Shown: one piece after another, positions 1-9,269 of the stretch
How positions within the stretch are numbered: the first letter of the stretch is position 1
Layout of the letters: each line of letters starts with the position of its first letter
UHGV virus genome: UHGV-0181040
Length of the DNA: 44,151 nucleotides
Direction: 5' to 3' (one strand)
Origin: a virus
Translations under genes and position numbers: made by a program
Notes under the pieces: generated by a model
What the model was told of the DNA's origin: nothing
The model's database searches: none
The model's input: only the letters and a program-made list of their open reading frames with translations

Positions 1-1274
1 GCCGGAACGTTTACCGCATTGCCGTCAGAGTAGGTAATGTCGATGCTTGTTGCACCGTTCATTGCTACTTTTGCTGATGCTAAGGTTCTATCTTCTGCAA
101 TACCCGATGTTTGTATGTAGCTGGTAGTATTTGCTGATTTCTCTAACTGCGCACCCCATACATAAATGCCATTTTCTCCAGTACCAGCAAATATCGTGGA
201 CACGCCAGATGTAAGCTGCACCCGGATAATAGAGTTTCTAGTTGCACCCGCCATGAAGACTAATGTTACCCTATACGTATCCTCGGAAACCCTAACGGAA
301 TTTCTTGATACAACATTAACTCCTATGTTCTGTACAAATGCACCGGTCACAGGATTGAATGTTGTGGCGGCCGTGGTGCCTGATGCCACCCTTAGATGAA
401 TGTTTAGTGGGTCGTTAGTGGCTTTTACAAATATTGAATATGAGTATAACTCACCTTGCAGCAACTCTATCGTCCTGTCGTTAGCGTAATGCTCCGAATT
501 TACGGTTGTCGCAGTGACTTCTGCCATAGTTATATCTCCACGAGGAGATACTTCAGCATTATTCTGTACAGATGTTTGATATCCAGTTGCCCATGTTTCC
601 GAATTTACGTACAAATTGCGCGATGCACCTTCCGGAGGCACACGCCCAACGGCAACACCACCAATAAACGTAAGAGGCCATTCATTGGCGGCGGACTGCA
701 CAAGACTGCCGTTGCGGTTGATGTAGTATACCTGTGGTCCCTCGTACATAATGCGGCTATCCAGAGCCGACGCCAGAAGGTTAATCGGCGGATATCCGGC
801 GGGGCCTTCATTGCTCCAGATGCGTGGGAACGTCGTCTCGTAGTTAGCATATATTTTCAGGAAACTACCCAGACAATCGCCATAGCAGCCGAACAAATCA
901 GGAAGATTCTTCGTAAGACAAGTGTCTTCCTGAATTGCCGTGCGTTCTGCGGTGGCGGTGAATGTAATCACCCAATTCTTACCATCATCAGTGCTATCGC
1001 TAATATCCGAGGTAATGAGCACCTGGTGGTCTTCTATACCCAGACCCGTATCGTGCGGCATGATGAACGAAGACGCTCCGCCGTCTATATTGTTCAGGAA
1101 GCTATAGAACGCCTGACGGCCTAACGACGACACAACCAGAGTCACACTAATCGGCACTGGTTCGAAGTACGTGTCGCGGCCCTGGCGCGGAACACCGCCC
1201 TGGACTTCTGTACGCCAGATATTACTCCCACGCGTCTGGGAGTACCCCTTCGACACTATCGGTCGAAGGGACAT
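1..1274 (-). CDS. tail protein, N-terminal 424 codons of a 453-aa ORF that continues across the window junction (C-terminal ...IYVWGAQLE... concanavalin/LamG-like lectin signature); sits in the position of a distal tail or accessory receptor-binding protein just downstream of the tape measure
   Basis: ATG at 1274..1272 (MSLRPIVSKGYSQTRG...). I checked every minus-strand codon down to position 3 and found no stop. The frame joins the 44064..44151 fragment (1274+88 nt = 454 codons). Confidence 0.55.
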   Translation of the reverse strand, partial: MSLRPIVSKGYSQTRGSNIWRTEVQGGVPRQGRDTYFEPVPISVTLVVSSLGRQAFYSFLNNIDGGASSFIMPHDTGLGIEDHQVLITSDISDSTDDGKNWVITFTATAERTAIQEDTCLTKNLPDLFGCYGDCLGSFLKIYANYETTFPRIWSNEGPAGYPPINLLASALDSRIMYEGPQVYYINRNGSLVQSAANEWPLTFIGGVAVGRVPPEGASRNLYVNSETWATGYQTSVQNNAEVSPRGDITMAEVTATTVNSEHYANDRTIELLQGELYSYSIFVKATNDPLNIHLRVASGTTAATTFNPVTGAFVQNIGVNVVSRNSVRVSEDTYRVTLVFMAGATRNSIIRVQLTSGVSTIFAGTGENGIYVWGAQLEKSANTTSYIQTSGIAEDRTLASAKVAMNGATSIDITYSDGNAVNVP

Positions 1275-1298
1275 AGGGAATCTCAAATCGCTCATTAA

Positions 1299-3608
1299 TT
1301 AATACCCCGGCTGACCGCGAGTAGAGCGGCGAGCTTTAGAAATCGGTGAGTTGTTATCCTGTAACTGCGACGCTACTGTTTCACTGATTATAATACGTAA
1401 ACGACCTTCGTCGTCACGTTCTGTTACGGCGGAATCTACGCGCCCCGTAGTGTTATTGACTATGGTGACGTTATCACCGCCGGACTGGCCACCGTTTTGC
1501 CCCATTATTTCTTTCATCTGCTGCGCGGTGCGCACACGCGATGCACCCGCGGGCATGATAACTTCTGGCTTACCACGTTCCGCGATGGTGGAAGCCTGCC
1601 CCGCAGATAACTGGCCACCTTGCTCACGCGCCGAGCGAATCTTGGCGATATTAGCCAGGCCCGCAGCAACGGCGGTAGCCGCGGCAACCGGCGCCAGGAA
1701 TGGGCCGACGACCGGTATCGCCGCAGTAGACTTATATGCTTCGATAGCTGACGTGTATGTTGCGATAGTGGCCTGGGCAATAGCAAACGCTTTATAAGCG
1801 GTGGACGCTTCACCAAATGCCGTTTTAGCATTAGCCGCCATATCACCGAAAGAACTACCTAAAGCCTCGGCTCGCTTCGTGGCGTACTGCTCATTGATGG
1901 CGTTAAGTGCCGCCTGATACTGTTCCTCGTTAATCAGCCCCTGTTCGCGGTATTTATCGGCGACAGCCAGTTTCTGCTGTTCCTGGATATCGAGAAGCTC
2001 GAGTTCAGTAGCGTTCTGGCCCATAATCTGGGCCATGAAGTCATCACCTTTCTGCTGCTTTTCCTGCTGCTCTTTTCTTTTCTTATCCAGTTCTTCCTGT
2101 CTGGCCTGCTCGGCTGTGAGCATAATTTGAGTTTTGGCGTTTTCGTACTGCTGCTGGCTTATCGTTCCGGCGCGGTTGAACTCCTCCAGTTTCGCCAGTT
2201 TCTGTTCTTCCGCCGCCGTGATGCGAGAAATTTCGTCCCCGGTTGTGCGATCGACAGTAGCCAGGAAATCTTCCGCCGCTTTTTTCTGTCGTTCAGCCGC
2301 CATTTCTTCACGTTTGGCTTGTGCCGCTAGGCGTTTCTCGTTCGATTTAGCCTCGCGGTCTGCCTTCTCTTTCTCGGTCTTATCGATGCGGGAGATGTCT
2401 TGCTGCGCTTCCGCGTCCCGGGCGGCGTTATACGCGGCTATCTGTTCTTTGGTGACAGCTTCACGTTTAGCAAACGCCTGCTTATCAAGTTCAGCTTGCG
2501 CCCGGATACGCTCACGGTCGCTTAAGATGGCGATTTGCTGGTTCTTAACGATAGCTTCGTTCTGTTCCTGGAATCTCTGCGTCGTTGAGTTGACGTTACG
2601 ACCGAGATTCTTTTGGGCCTCCGCGGCGGCATTTGCTGACTTCTCTGCGTTTTCCAGTGCCGTAGCATTTTTGTTGGCGTTGTCCGTCAGGCGGATAAGT
2701 TCCGGGTTCAACTGTTTTGTGTTACCTAGCCAGTCGGTAAACACATCGGCGATGCGACGGGCATTCTCGGCAGTTGGCTCTTTGTTAAACGCGCTCTGCG
2801 CCGCTATCATCTCCAGCGCCTGGTCACGGTTAACCCCGAACTTACTGCTAAGCTCCGCTATATTCTGCGCCAGCATGTTGACGCCTACGATGTTACCCTC
2901 GTAAGTGCCGCCAAGTTTTTCTAACGTGTCGCCTACATCCGCACCCTTAGAGACCAATGCATCGTACTGGCTAATAGCGGATGCCGTGGAGGCTTTCCAT
3001 GTCTCCCATGACTCGGCGTCCTCGCGGACAGCTTTAGCTGTTTGCTGCGCGATAAGGTCTGCGTTAGCCTTAGCCAGAGCAAGCTGAGTCTCCGCCGCTT
3101 CTCTGCTGATTTGGGTAAGCTGGATAAGGCCGTCTGTCAGTTCGAGGGAGCCAGATGCCGTTTGCTGGAAAGTATCCTTTAACTGCTTCTGCGCAGCTTC
3201 GAGGTCTTTTGAACTGCCTTCTGCTTCGGTTAGCGATTTGTACAGGACCCCGCCAACAGCCGACGCAAGAGCAATTACAGCCCCAAGCACCGCACCACCA
3301 GGGCCGAAAGCACCTGCAAGCTGCGAACCTTGTTGGCCTATTGCCACGAATGCCGACGTACCGGATTGCAACTGGACTACCATGTCCTGCACCTGGAAGC
3401 CCACCTGCCCGGCGGCGTTACGGAACTTAGCGAAACCGTCGGAGGCCGCTTTAGACGTGGCGGAGTTTACTTTATTAACGTCCGGAGTCAGCTTGTTTAC
3501 TGCGGTATCCGCACGGTCTGCAGACGACGCCATAGCGTCAAGCTGTTTGGCGGCTACGTCAGCACCTTCTGTTTTTACTCTGGCAATTAGGGAAGCCGTA
3601 TCAGCCAT
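1299..3608 (-). CDS. tail tape measure protein (about 766 aa from ATG 3608; the track ORF extends to 3623)
   Basis: Long Ala/Gln/Glu-rich coiled-coil protein with a glycine-rich hydrophobic segment (GAFGPGGAVLGAVIALASAVGGVL). Lies between the chaperone pair and the distal tail genes. RBS GAGGG before ATG 3608. Confidence 0.85.
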   Translation of the reverse strand: MADTASLIARVKTEGADVAAKQLDAMASSADRADTAVNKLTPDVNKVNSATSKAASDGFAKFRNAAGQVGFQVQDMVVQLQSGTSAFVAIGQQGSQLAGAFGPGGAVLGAVIALASAVGGVLYKSLTEAEGSSKDLEAAQKQLKDTFQQTASGSLELTDGLIQLTQISREAAETQLALAKANADLIAQQTAKAVREDAESWETWKASTASAISQYDALVSKGADVGDTLEKLGGTYEGNIVGVNMLAQNIAELSSKFGVNRDQALEMIAAQSAFNKEPTAENARRIADVFTDWLGNTKQLNPELIRLTDNANKNATALENAEKSANAAAEAQKNLGRNVNSTTQRFQEQNEAIVKNQQIAILSDRERIRAQAELDKQAFAKREAVTKEQIAAYNAARDAEAQQDISRIDKTEKEKADREAKSNEKRLAAQAKREEMAAERQKKAAEDFLATVDRTTGDEISRITAAEEQKLAKLEEFNRAGTISQQQYENAKTQIMLTAEQARQEELDKKRKEQQEKQQKGDDFMAQIMGQNATELELLDIQEQQKLAVADKYREQGLINEEQYQAALNAINEQYATKRAEALGSSFGDMAANAKTAFGEASTAYKAFAIAQATIATYTSAIEAYKSTAAIPVVGPFLAPVAAATAVAAGLANIAKIRSAREQGGQLSAGQASTIAERGKPEVIMPAGASRVRTAQQMKEIMGQNGGQSGGDNVTIVNNTTGRVDSAVTERDDEGRLRIIISETVASQLQDNNSPISKARRSTRGQPGY

Positions 3609-3972
3609 CTTCTCTGCCCTCAAATATTCCGTCTAAGCCCATGATAACCTCGGCTTCGAACAAACTTATGCCGTAACCGGCGACATCACGAAACGCTACC
3701 AAATCTTGCCATTTGAGCGCATCGCGCGGGATTATAACGATAGTATCATCTGTTTCGCGCTGTAGGAATTTAATGGCGCGGTATTTCTCGAACACGTCGA
3801 TAAGAGAAACGGGGCATTCAGGCCCCGTTGTTTCTTTTATCTGCGGTTCTTTAATCACGCCCATTGCAATCAAAGCCGCCTGGTGGCCTGCCGCGATGTC
3901 GTCAAATTGCTTACGCTTGTGGCGGTCGACAAAGCACCATTGCGCAAATTCATACAGCGCTTTTACTTTTCC
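3601..3972 (-). CDS. -1 frame extension of the chaperone (GT-like frameshift product, about 258 aa fused)
   Basis: The -1 frame is open from the slippery heptamer GGAAAAG (plus coordinates 3966..3972) through 3601, with no ATG start until far downstream. This is the classic G/GT arrangement upstream of the tape measure. The track ORF 3601..3873 starts on TTG. Confidence 0.45.
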   Translation of the reverse strand, partial: GKVKALYEFAQWCFVDRHKRKQFDDIAAGHQAALIAMGVIKEPQIKETTGPECPVSLIDVFEKYRAIKFLQRETDDTIVIIPRDALKWQDLVAFRDVAGYGISLFEAEVIMGLDGIFEGREDG

Positions 3973-4379
3973 GAGAGTTTCTCCCGGCTATCGGTGTGGT
4001 GCTTAACTACGGCTTCTGCCAACCCACTGTACTGGTCGAACAGGTTGGCCAGTGCCTCTTTGCTGAACGGTTCGTCGAATGACCAACCGGTGACGATTTC
4101 CACAGCAAGCTGCTTGTTCAGGTCCATAACCCGCCAGCCCTTCTCATCGTTGTAGCGTGCCCAGTTATTCAGCGCCTCACACTCTTTATCTAATGGTGCA
4201 AGTTCTTCCGTAAGGCGTCGAATTGCCGTTGTGTAGGCACGGCCTGCGCGAACACCTGCGTCACAATCAGGGCCGATGACCTGCAGCCATTCACCGGAGT
4301 CTTTACCACTCGGCAGAAGGATAGGCATTTTAGTACCGGCAGCGTGACGGTCTGCAAAATAAAAATCAGAAAGTTTCAT
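3963..4379 (-). CDS. tail assembly chaperone (lambda G-like)
   Basis: 138-aa acidic protein immediately upstream of the tape measure in the transcription direction. RBS AAAGGA. Ends ...REKLSEK with slippery GGAAAAG just before its stop. Confidence 0.6.
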   Translation of the reverse strand: MKLSDFYFADRHAAGTKMPILLPSGKDSGEWLQVIGPDCDAGVRAGRAYTTAIRRLTEELAPLDKECEALNNWARYNDEKGWRVMDLNKQLAVEIVTGWSFDEPFSKEALANLFDQYSGLAEAVVKHHTDSREKLSEK

Positions 4380-4486
4380 TCTTTAATCCTTTGGTTAAGA
4401 GGTTACTGGTTAAGGTTGACGCGCCAGACGGGAACCACCCGCTTTTCGTGTGCGACACTAGGCGCAAACTTATTCTAGCACACTAC

Positions 4487-4517
4487 TTGCACACCCCAAT
4501 ATAATAGGGTACTATTC
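4487..4517 (+). promoter_or_regulatory. sigma70-like promoter TTGCAC-17-TACTAT with embedded operator TAATAG-GGTA-CTATTC (regulon copy 1)
   Basis: Matches the leftward early promoter at 25925..25955 at 34 of 37 positions. 26 nt upstream of the ATG at 4544. Confidence 0.6.
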
Positions 4518-4543
4518 ACCTGTAACTTACTGAGGAAATAATT

Positions 4544-4870
4544 ATGCGTAAATTAGTATTAGCTCTGGGGTTTATGTCTTTTGCTACTTTTGGGTCCCCG
4601 TGCGGACAGGTATTTAGCGAATCTGTTCTTATGACTTCTGGTGTGCTTGATAAAGCCGACCCTACTATTGTAAAGGCATTTAAGGACTCTACAGTCCGTG
4701 AATGTGAGGCTGCCGTAGATGTCGGTAAATCAGGCCTACCTCCGCAGGCCGTAACATATACGGTAATACGTTCGGTAGAGAAAAACAGAGATGCATTCTA
4801 TAGCCTGCTGACAGCCACCCGCCTGCAAATGGTGATGACTGGCTGGGCGATAGGCGCGGAAAGTAAATAG
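4544..4870 (+). CDS. small secreted or periplasmic protein of unknown function (cargo gene)
   Basis: N-terminal signal peptide MRKLVLALGFMSFATFGSPCGQ. RBS GAGGAAATAATT. On the opposite strand to the surrounding tail genes. Confidence 0.5.
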   Translation: MRKLVLALGFMSFATFGSPCGQVFSESVLMTSGVLDKADPTIVKAFKDSTVRECEAAVDVGKSGLPPQAVTYTVIRSVEKNRDAFYSLLTATRLQMVMTGWAIGAESK

Positions 4871-4934
4871 TCGCCTTTATTTAAAGGAACGCACTGTGGT
4901 TAAATAGGACAAATCCTAAGCACGAGGAATAAGC

Positions 4935-6065
4935 ATGGCCAGGAAGAAAATAACCGACGAACAGTTGCAGGAAGAATTGAACGCCGGGATGAAGAATATC
5001 GATATCGCCCGTAAATACGGCATCTCCGACCGCGTAATTCGCATCCGTAAAGCGAAGTTGGCTAAGAAAGGTGTGGGCCACGGGCGTGATGTTAGTCATC
5101 TTGTGCCCGACGGCTACAAGATTAAAGGCACGTCGTCACTGGTGGACGAGTTCGGCAACACTAAGCTGCAATGGGTTAAGACCGACACCGATGCCGAACG
5201 TCAGGTAGAGTTGATGAAAGCCGTAATCGAAGGCATGAAGTCAGAGATTACGCCGGTTGCGCCTGTTAAAGCTGCACGCGTCAAACGCGACGATAAACTA
5301 CTCAATCTTTACACGGTATCTGATTTTCATCTCGGTATGCTGGCCTGGGCCGACGAGAGCGGCGACGACTGGGATATGAAGATTGCGGAAGACCTGTTTT
5401 CTCGCTGGTTCGATGCGGCGTTTCAGAAAGCACCAGATGCAGGAACTGGGGTTATTAATCTGCTGGGGGACTTCGCACACTTTGATAGTCTGGATGCCGT
5501 TACACCTGAGTCACGTCATGTGTTGGACGCGGATACTCGCTACCAGAAACTTGTCCGCTACATGATTCGTATGGTCCGCCGTGTTGTTGATATGGCTCTT
5601 GTTAAGCATAAAACTGTTCGCTTGCTTATCGTGCAAGGGAACCACGACGAAAGCGGAATGATTTGGTTAGCTGAGATGTTCAGGACGCTATACGACAATG
5701 AGCCTCGTGTGTTCGTCGATACGTCGCCGGATGTTTACAAGATGGTCCAACACGGCAAAACTACGCTGTTCTTTCACCACGGGCATAAAGCACGATTCGA
5801 TGTTATTGAACCGGTTATGATTGCCAAGTTCCGCAAAGCGTTCGGCGAGAGTGTTTACAGCTACGCTCACGTAGGGCACCTGCACCATCAGAAGATTGTA
5901 GAAAGCCGTAATATGATTGTTGAGCAGCATCGCACTCTCGCGGCGAAAGATGCATATGCCTCTCGCGGAGGGTGGATGTCGGGCCGTAGTGCAAACGTAA
6001 TTACTTATAGCGCCGAATATGGCGAGGTCGCACGTTTAACTATTTCACCGGAGATGCTGGGATGA
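4935..6065 (+). CDS. HTH DNA-binding domain fused to a calcineurin-like metallophosphoesterase (Mre11/SbcD-like or lambda-PPase-like fold)
   Basis: N-terminus IDIARKYGISDRVIRIRKAK is HTH-like. All five metallophosphoesterase motifs are present in order: DFHLG, GDFAHFD, GNHDE, HHGH, GHLHH. Confidence 0.7.
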   Translation: MARKKITDEQLQEELNAGMKNIDIARKYGISDRVIRIRKAKLAKKGVGHGRDVSHLVPDGYKIKGTSSLVDEFGNTKLQWVKTDTDAERQVELMKAVIEGMKSEITPVAPVKAARVKRDDKLLNLYTVSDFHLGMLAWADESGDDWDMKIAEDLFSRWFDAAFQKAPDAGTGVINLLGDFAHFDSLDAVTPESRHVLDADTRYQKLVRYMIRMVRRVVDMALVKHKTVRLLIVQGNHDESGMIWLAEMFRTLYDNEPRVFVDTSPDVYKMVQHGKTTLFFHHGHKARFDVIEPVMIAKFRKAFGESVYSYAHVGHLHHQKIVESRNMIVEQHRTLAAKDAYASRGGWMSGRSANVITYSAEYGEVARLTISPEMLG

Positions 6066-6292
6066 CTTCAAAATATGACCGCACAATGACAAATACCCAC
6101 GGCAGCACTATGACAGTAGACGTTTATGACGTTCTAAGGGCCTTCGACATCCGTGACCCGGCGCTACAGCACGCATTGAAGAAGTTATTGTGCATGGGCC
6201 TTCGCGGCCACAAAGATACCGGAACAGACTTAGCTGAGGCAATAGAAAGTCTGGAGAAGTTACGGGAGTATCGAAGCAACATTGATGAATAA
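6062..6292 (+). CDS. hypothetical protein, translationally coupled to the phosphoesterase gene
   Basis: ATGA start/stop overlap with the upstream gene. 76 aa. Followed by a terminator. Confidence 0.4.
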   Translation: MTSKYDRTMTNTHGSTMTVDVYDVLRAFDIRDPALQHALKKLLCMGLRGHKDTGTDLAEAIESLEKLREYRSNIDE

Positions 6293-6295
6293 GAA

Positions 6296-6321
6296 AAGGC
6301 CCCGAAAGGGGCCTTAGTTTT
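6296..6321. terminator. bidirectional rho-independent terminator AAGGCCCC-GAAA-GGGGCCTT
   Basis: 8-bp GC stem flanked by an A-tract upstream and a T-tract downstream. Lies between the convergent cargo cassette and the major tail gene. Confidence 0.65.
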
Positions 6322-7492
6322 ATGCGTAGGTGATACGCTGGATAACAATAGATGACTGGTACTGGTTGCCGGTAGCCTGGCCTTCGATGGACTGAGTGAT
6401 TGACTCTGGCCCGCCAATCTCTGGCGTAACCGCTGTAAGTTCTGCGCGTTTCAGACTAAAGGACATAGCCCCGTTTACCCCGGCCAGAATAGAGTTAATC
6501 TCTACCTGCTGCTCGTTGATAAACTTCTGAATCATCGCCATGTCGTACAGCTTGCCGGAGATAGAGAACGTGTTAGCCGCGCGGCTACGTTCCACAAACG
6601 CTACGTTAGTGTTGCCAAGTTCGAACTGCGCCGACGCGCTGTTGTCGTTGGTGATGGTCAGGCTGTCGCAGCGCAACGGCGTAGAGCCGTCGAACACGGA
6701 AACGTCAACTGAGGAGAACGGCTCGTCACCAAACGTAACAGAGGAGAAATTAGAACCGGTCGGCGGCGTAGTGAGAATCTCCTGATTGCGACCGATGAAT
6801 GGGAAGCTGCCAGTTACCATCGCGTTAACCGCCTGTTCGATGGTAAAACCAGAAACTTCCACGCCTTTGGTTAACGTGTACGCGTCAGTACCGCCGCACT
6901 GGCCTTTGTACCAGGTAAGGATAGAGAACGTCTTACACGTGTTACCGGTTTCCAGCGTGTCGCCAGTTTTAGCCTTACTAGTTTTTGTCTCGGTGGTCAG
7001 GGTGTGTTGGATGCCTGCACCAGTAACAACGGTAGCCGTTACTGCGGTAACAATAAATGGTTTTGCGTTATCGCCTGTTAAGTCGGTAAACGCAATCAGG
7101 TCGCCTACCCCAACTCCGTCAGTGATAAAACTGCCGGTAGCGCGTGTGAACGTCTTTCCCGCGGGTGCGACGGTAATCGATAGCCCTGACAGAGAAACAC
7201 CGGATTGCCACGTAGAGCCTAAAGCGCCCGCCAGCCAGTCGTCCTGGCTTTTCGAGCTAAGCTCAATTGCGTATTCCCCGCTGACCTGCTTGTTACCGGT
7301 GCGGATGGATGTGGTTTCACGGCTGCCGTCCAGTTCGTTGGAGGTCAGTGTGTCGCGGGTAATGGCGGGAACGCCGCCCGTGTTACGCAACGGCGACCAG
7401 ACCGGGTTAGTCGGTGTTACGCCCGGGGTCACTTCCGCCACATAGAATTGCGCGGTATTCGCGCCCTTAAAAGGAGTTGTAGCCATATTCAC
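6320..7492 (-). CDS. major tail (tube) protein
   Basis: 390-aa Thr/Gly/Ser-rich protein. In transcription order it sits next to the chaperones and tape measure, downstream of a tail-terminator-sized gene. Confidence 0.55.
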   Translation of the reverse strand: MNMATTPFKGANTAQFYVAEVTPGVTPTNPVWSPLRNTGGVPAITRDTLTSNELDGSRETTSIRTGNKQVSGEYAIELSSKSQDDWLAGALGSTWQSGVSLSGLSITVAPAGKTFTRATGSFITDGVGVGDLIAFTDLTGDNAKPFIVTAVTATVVTGAGIQHTLTTETKTSKAKTGDTLETGNTCKTFSILTWYKGQCGGTDAYTLTKGVEVSGFTIEQAVNAMVTGSFPFIGRNQEILTTPPTGSNFSSVTFGDEPFSSVDVSVFDGSTPLRCDSLTITNDNSASAQFELGNTNVAFVERSRAANTFSISGKLYDMAMIQKFINEQQVEINSILAGVNGAMSFSLKRAELTAVTPEIGGPESITQSIEGQATGNQYQSSIVIQRITYA

Positions 7493-7905
7493 AGCCTCTT
7501 GGTGAATGCAATAAAGTTAATTGACAATGGCCGTTTGGCCCATCCGTTTTCTACAATCAGCGGCCCCAGGCTAACCGATTGAACCTCGGCGCAGATGTCG
7601 TTACGTGAAAATGACTTACCTGCCTTAAACGCCGTGTTAAGTAAGTCTGCCATTTTATTGATTGGCGCGCTACCTTTCACCGATGCGTAGTTAATGTCAA
7701 CCTGATAAATACCAGAGCGTTGTTCCGTGAAGAACAAATCCGCCTGCTCGGTATCTGCCAGCAACATGTAACTTGCCAGATACGGCGTATCGGTTGACGT
7801 CGGCGCGTCGATGTTTTCAAGCGCAACCTTGATGCCGTTGGCGGTTCCGAAGGCTACCAGCGGCACATCGAACGCCTTTGTTAAGTCCTCAAAGTAGCCC
7901 ATCAT
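7489..7905 (-). CDS. tail terminator-like protein (called by position only)
   Basis: 138 aa, immediately upstream of the major tail gene, with overlapping stop and start. Confidence 0.35.
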   Translation of the reverse strand: MMGYFEDLTKAFDVPLVAFGTANGIKVALENIDAPTSTDTPYLASYMLLADTEQADLFFTEQRSGIYQVDINYASVKGSAPINKMADLLNTAFKAGKSFSRNDICAEVQSVSLGPLIVENGWAKRPLSINFIAFTKRL

Positions 7906-8297
7906 TTCACCTTGTTGGCTTCTTCGTTAATGAGTTGCTGGAAGCGGGACACGTTAGTCCTGACAACCCCGGCGGGGGCCTGTTGCGACCAGCCATACTC
8001 CAACCGTTGCGCGTACGGCAGATTATTTGTCAGCGTGAACTCGCGCCAGTCTGCGGCTTTCAGCACGAAACTCGTAGCATTTCCGATAGCTATGTTTCCT
8101 GATTTATCCGTAGCGTCTGTAGTTCCGGAGGAAGGAATACCGCCAGACGCCATCCAGTTCATACGAAAGCGACCAGTATCTACCGGACTCGCCTTTATGA
8201 TAGCGGAAAACAGCTTGATAGACACCTGGCGCATCACCTTCTCGGGGTTCTTCTTCGCCTTTTCCACGAACTTAGAGACATCAAGCGCGAAACTCAT
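7902..8297 (-). CDS. neck or tail-completion protein (called by position only)
   Basis: 131 aa in a translationally coupled series of neck genes. Confidence 0.3.
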   Translation of the reverse strand: MSFALDVSKFVEKAKKNPEKVMRQVSIKLFSAIIKASPVDTGRFRMNWMASGGIPSSGTTDATDKSGNIAIGNATSFVLKAADWREFTLTNNLPYAQRLEYGWSQQAPAGVVRTNVSRFQQLINEEANKVK

Positions 8298-8653
8298 TTT
8301 CTCACCTGAATAAAATACGCCACGACATCATCGTTAACCATCTTCATCTCGATGGCTACGACCGACCATTGCTCGCCGCCGAATTGTACCTTGTCTTCCA
8401 TCTTCGGAACGACACTGCAATCCGCTTTGACAATCATGTCGCCAGCCTGAATGGTCGTACCGTTCACCAGTCCTGCGTTAACAGGAACCGGAACGGCCTT
8501 CAACGGTAGCACTTCATCGTCAGACCAGACGTATTCACCGAGGACTTCATCCCACACTTTCGAGCCAGCGCGAACCAGGGATACTGTGCTACCGAATTTG
8601 GTTAGCAGGCGTGTACCAACGACTTGCATACGTTTACTGAAAGCTGTACCCAT
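8294..8653 (-). CDS. head-closure or neck protein (called by position only)
   Basis: Probable ATG at 8653 overlaps the upstream stop; the track ORF extends to 8707 on an alternative start. Confidence 0.3.
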   Translation of the reverse strand: MGTAFSKRMQVVGTRLLTKFGSTVSLVRAGSKVWDEVLGEYVWSDDEVLPLKAVPVPVNAGLVNGTTIQAGDMIVKADCSVVPKMEDKVQFGGEQWSVVAIEMKMVNDDVVAYFIQVRK

Positions 8654-9267
8654 TACGCAGCCTCCAGTCTCGAAATAACCAGTAGCGCGGATGGTGCTGT
8701 GGCCCATGCGGTTACGGTAGCAGCTTGCGGATATACACCGCCGAAGTTGCTTCCGGCACTATCTCGCATAATCTGAACGGCAAACGTCTGGCCTGCGGCC
8801 GGGTTAATAACTACGCGAGACTCAATAGGAATTGTTATGTCGGCGCTGACTAGTTTTGTAGAGGCGGGCGAACCGTATTGAGCACCGTTAAGGAGAATGC
8901 GTGATAAAAGGATTGATGTCCCACTAGCACCAGTGCGCCCGGCCTGTAACTTGATGCGAACGGCATAGTTACCCGCGGCGTTGAACGTAACCAGCCCCGC
9001 AGCATTAATCATTACCGGGTCAGACGCGCTTCCCTGAGCAGAGCCGAAAGTTAACTGCAATGCTGTGTCCGTCGCGGTTGGCGCTTGTATTACGGTAGAC
9101 GCAGCGCGGAGGACTTCAACTTCTTTAACACCCGGAGTGGCGTAGATAGGCGAGTCCGCCATCTGCGTCATTACCTCGCGCAACGCGGCCGGGGTGATAA
9201 GCCCGGTGGTGTTATCGGGAAGATTCGCGCCGATAAGGGTAAACATCTCTGTTTTGGTCTTTGCCAT
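8653..9267 (-). CDS. structural protein of the head-tail joining region
   Basis: 204 aa, Ala/Thr/Gly-rich, within the structural operon. Confidence 0.35.
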   Translation of the reverse strand: MAKTKTEMFTLIGANLPDNTTGLITPAALREVMTQMADSPIYATPGVKEVEVLRAASTVIQAPTATDTALQLTFGSAQGSASDPVMINAAGLVTFNAAGNYAVRIKLQAGRTGASGTSILLSRILLNGAQYGSPASTKLVSADITIPIESRVVINPAAGQTFAVQIMRDSAGSNFGGVYPQAATVTAWATAPSALLVISRLEAA

Positions 9268-9269
9268 TT

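Noticed and set aside
2134-2904. 256-aa plus-strand ORF, with neighbours at 1351..1797, 2905..3087 and 3238..3636, antisense to the tape measure gene
   Set aside because: They lie entirely within the strongly supported 774-aa tape measure gene on the other strand. The Ala/Ser/Arg-rich low-complexity translations are typical of the antisense frame of a coiled-coil gene. They have no RBS.
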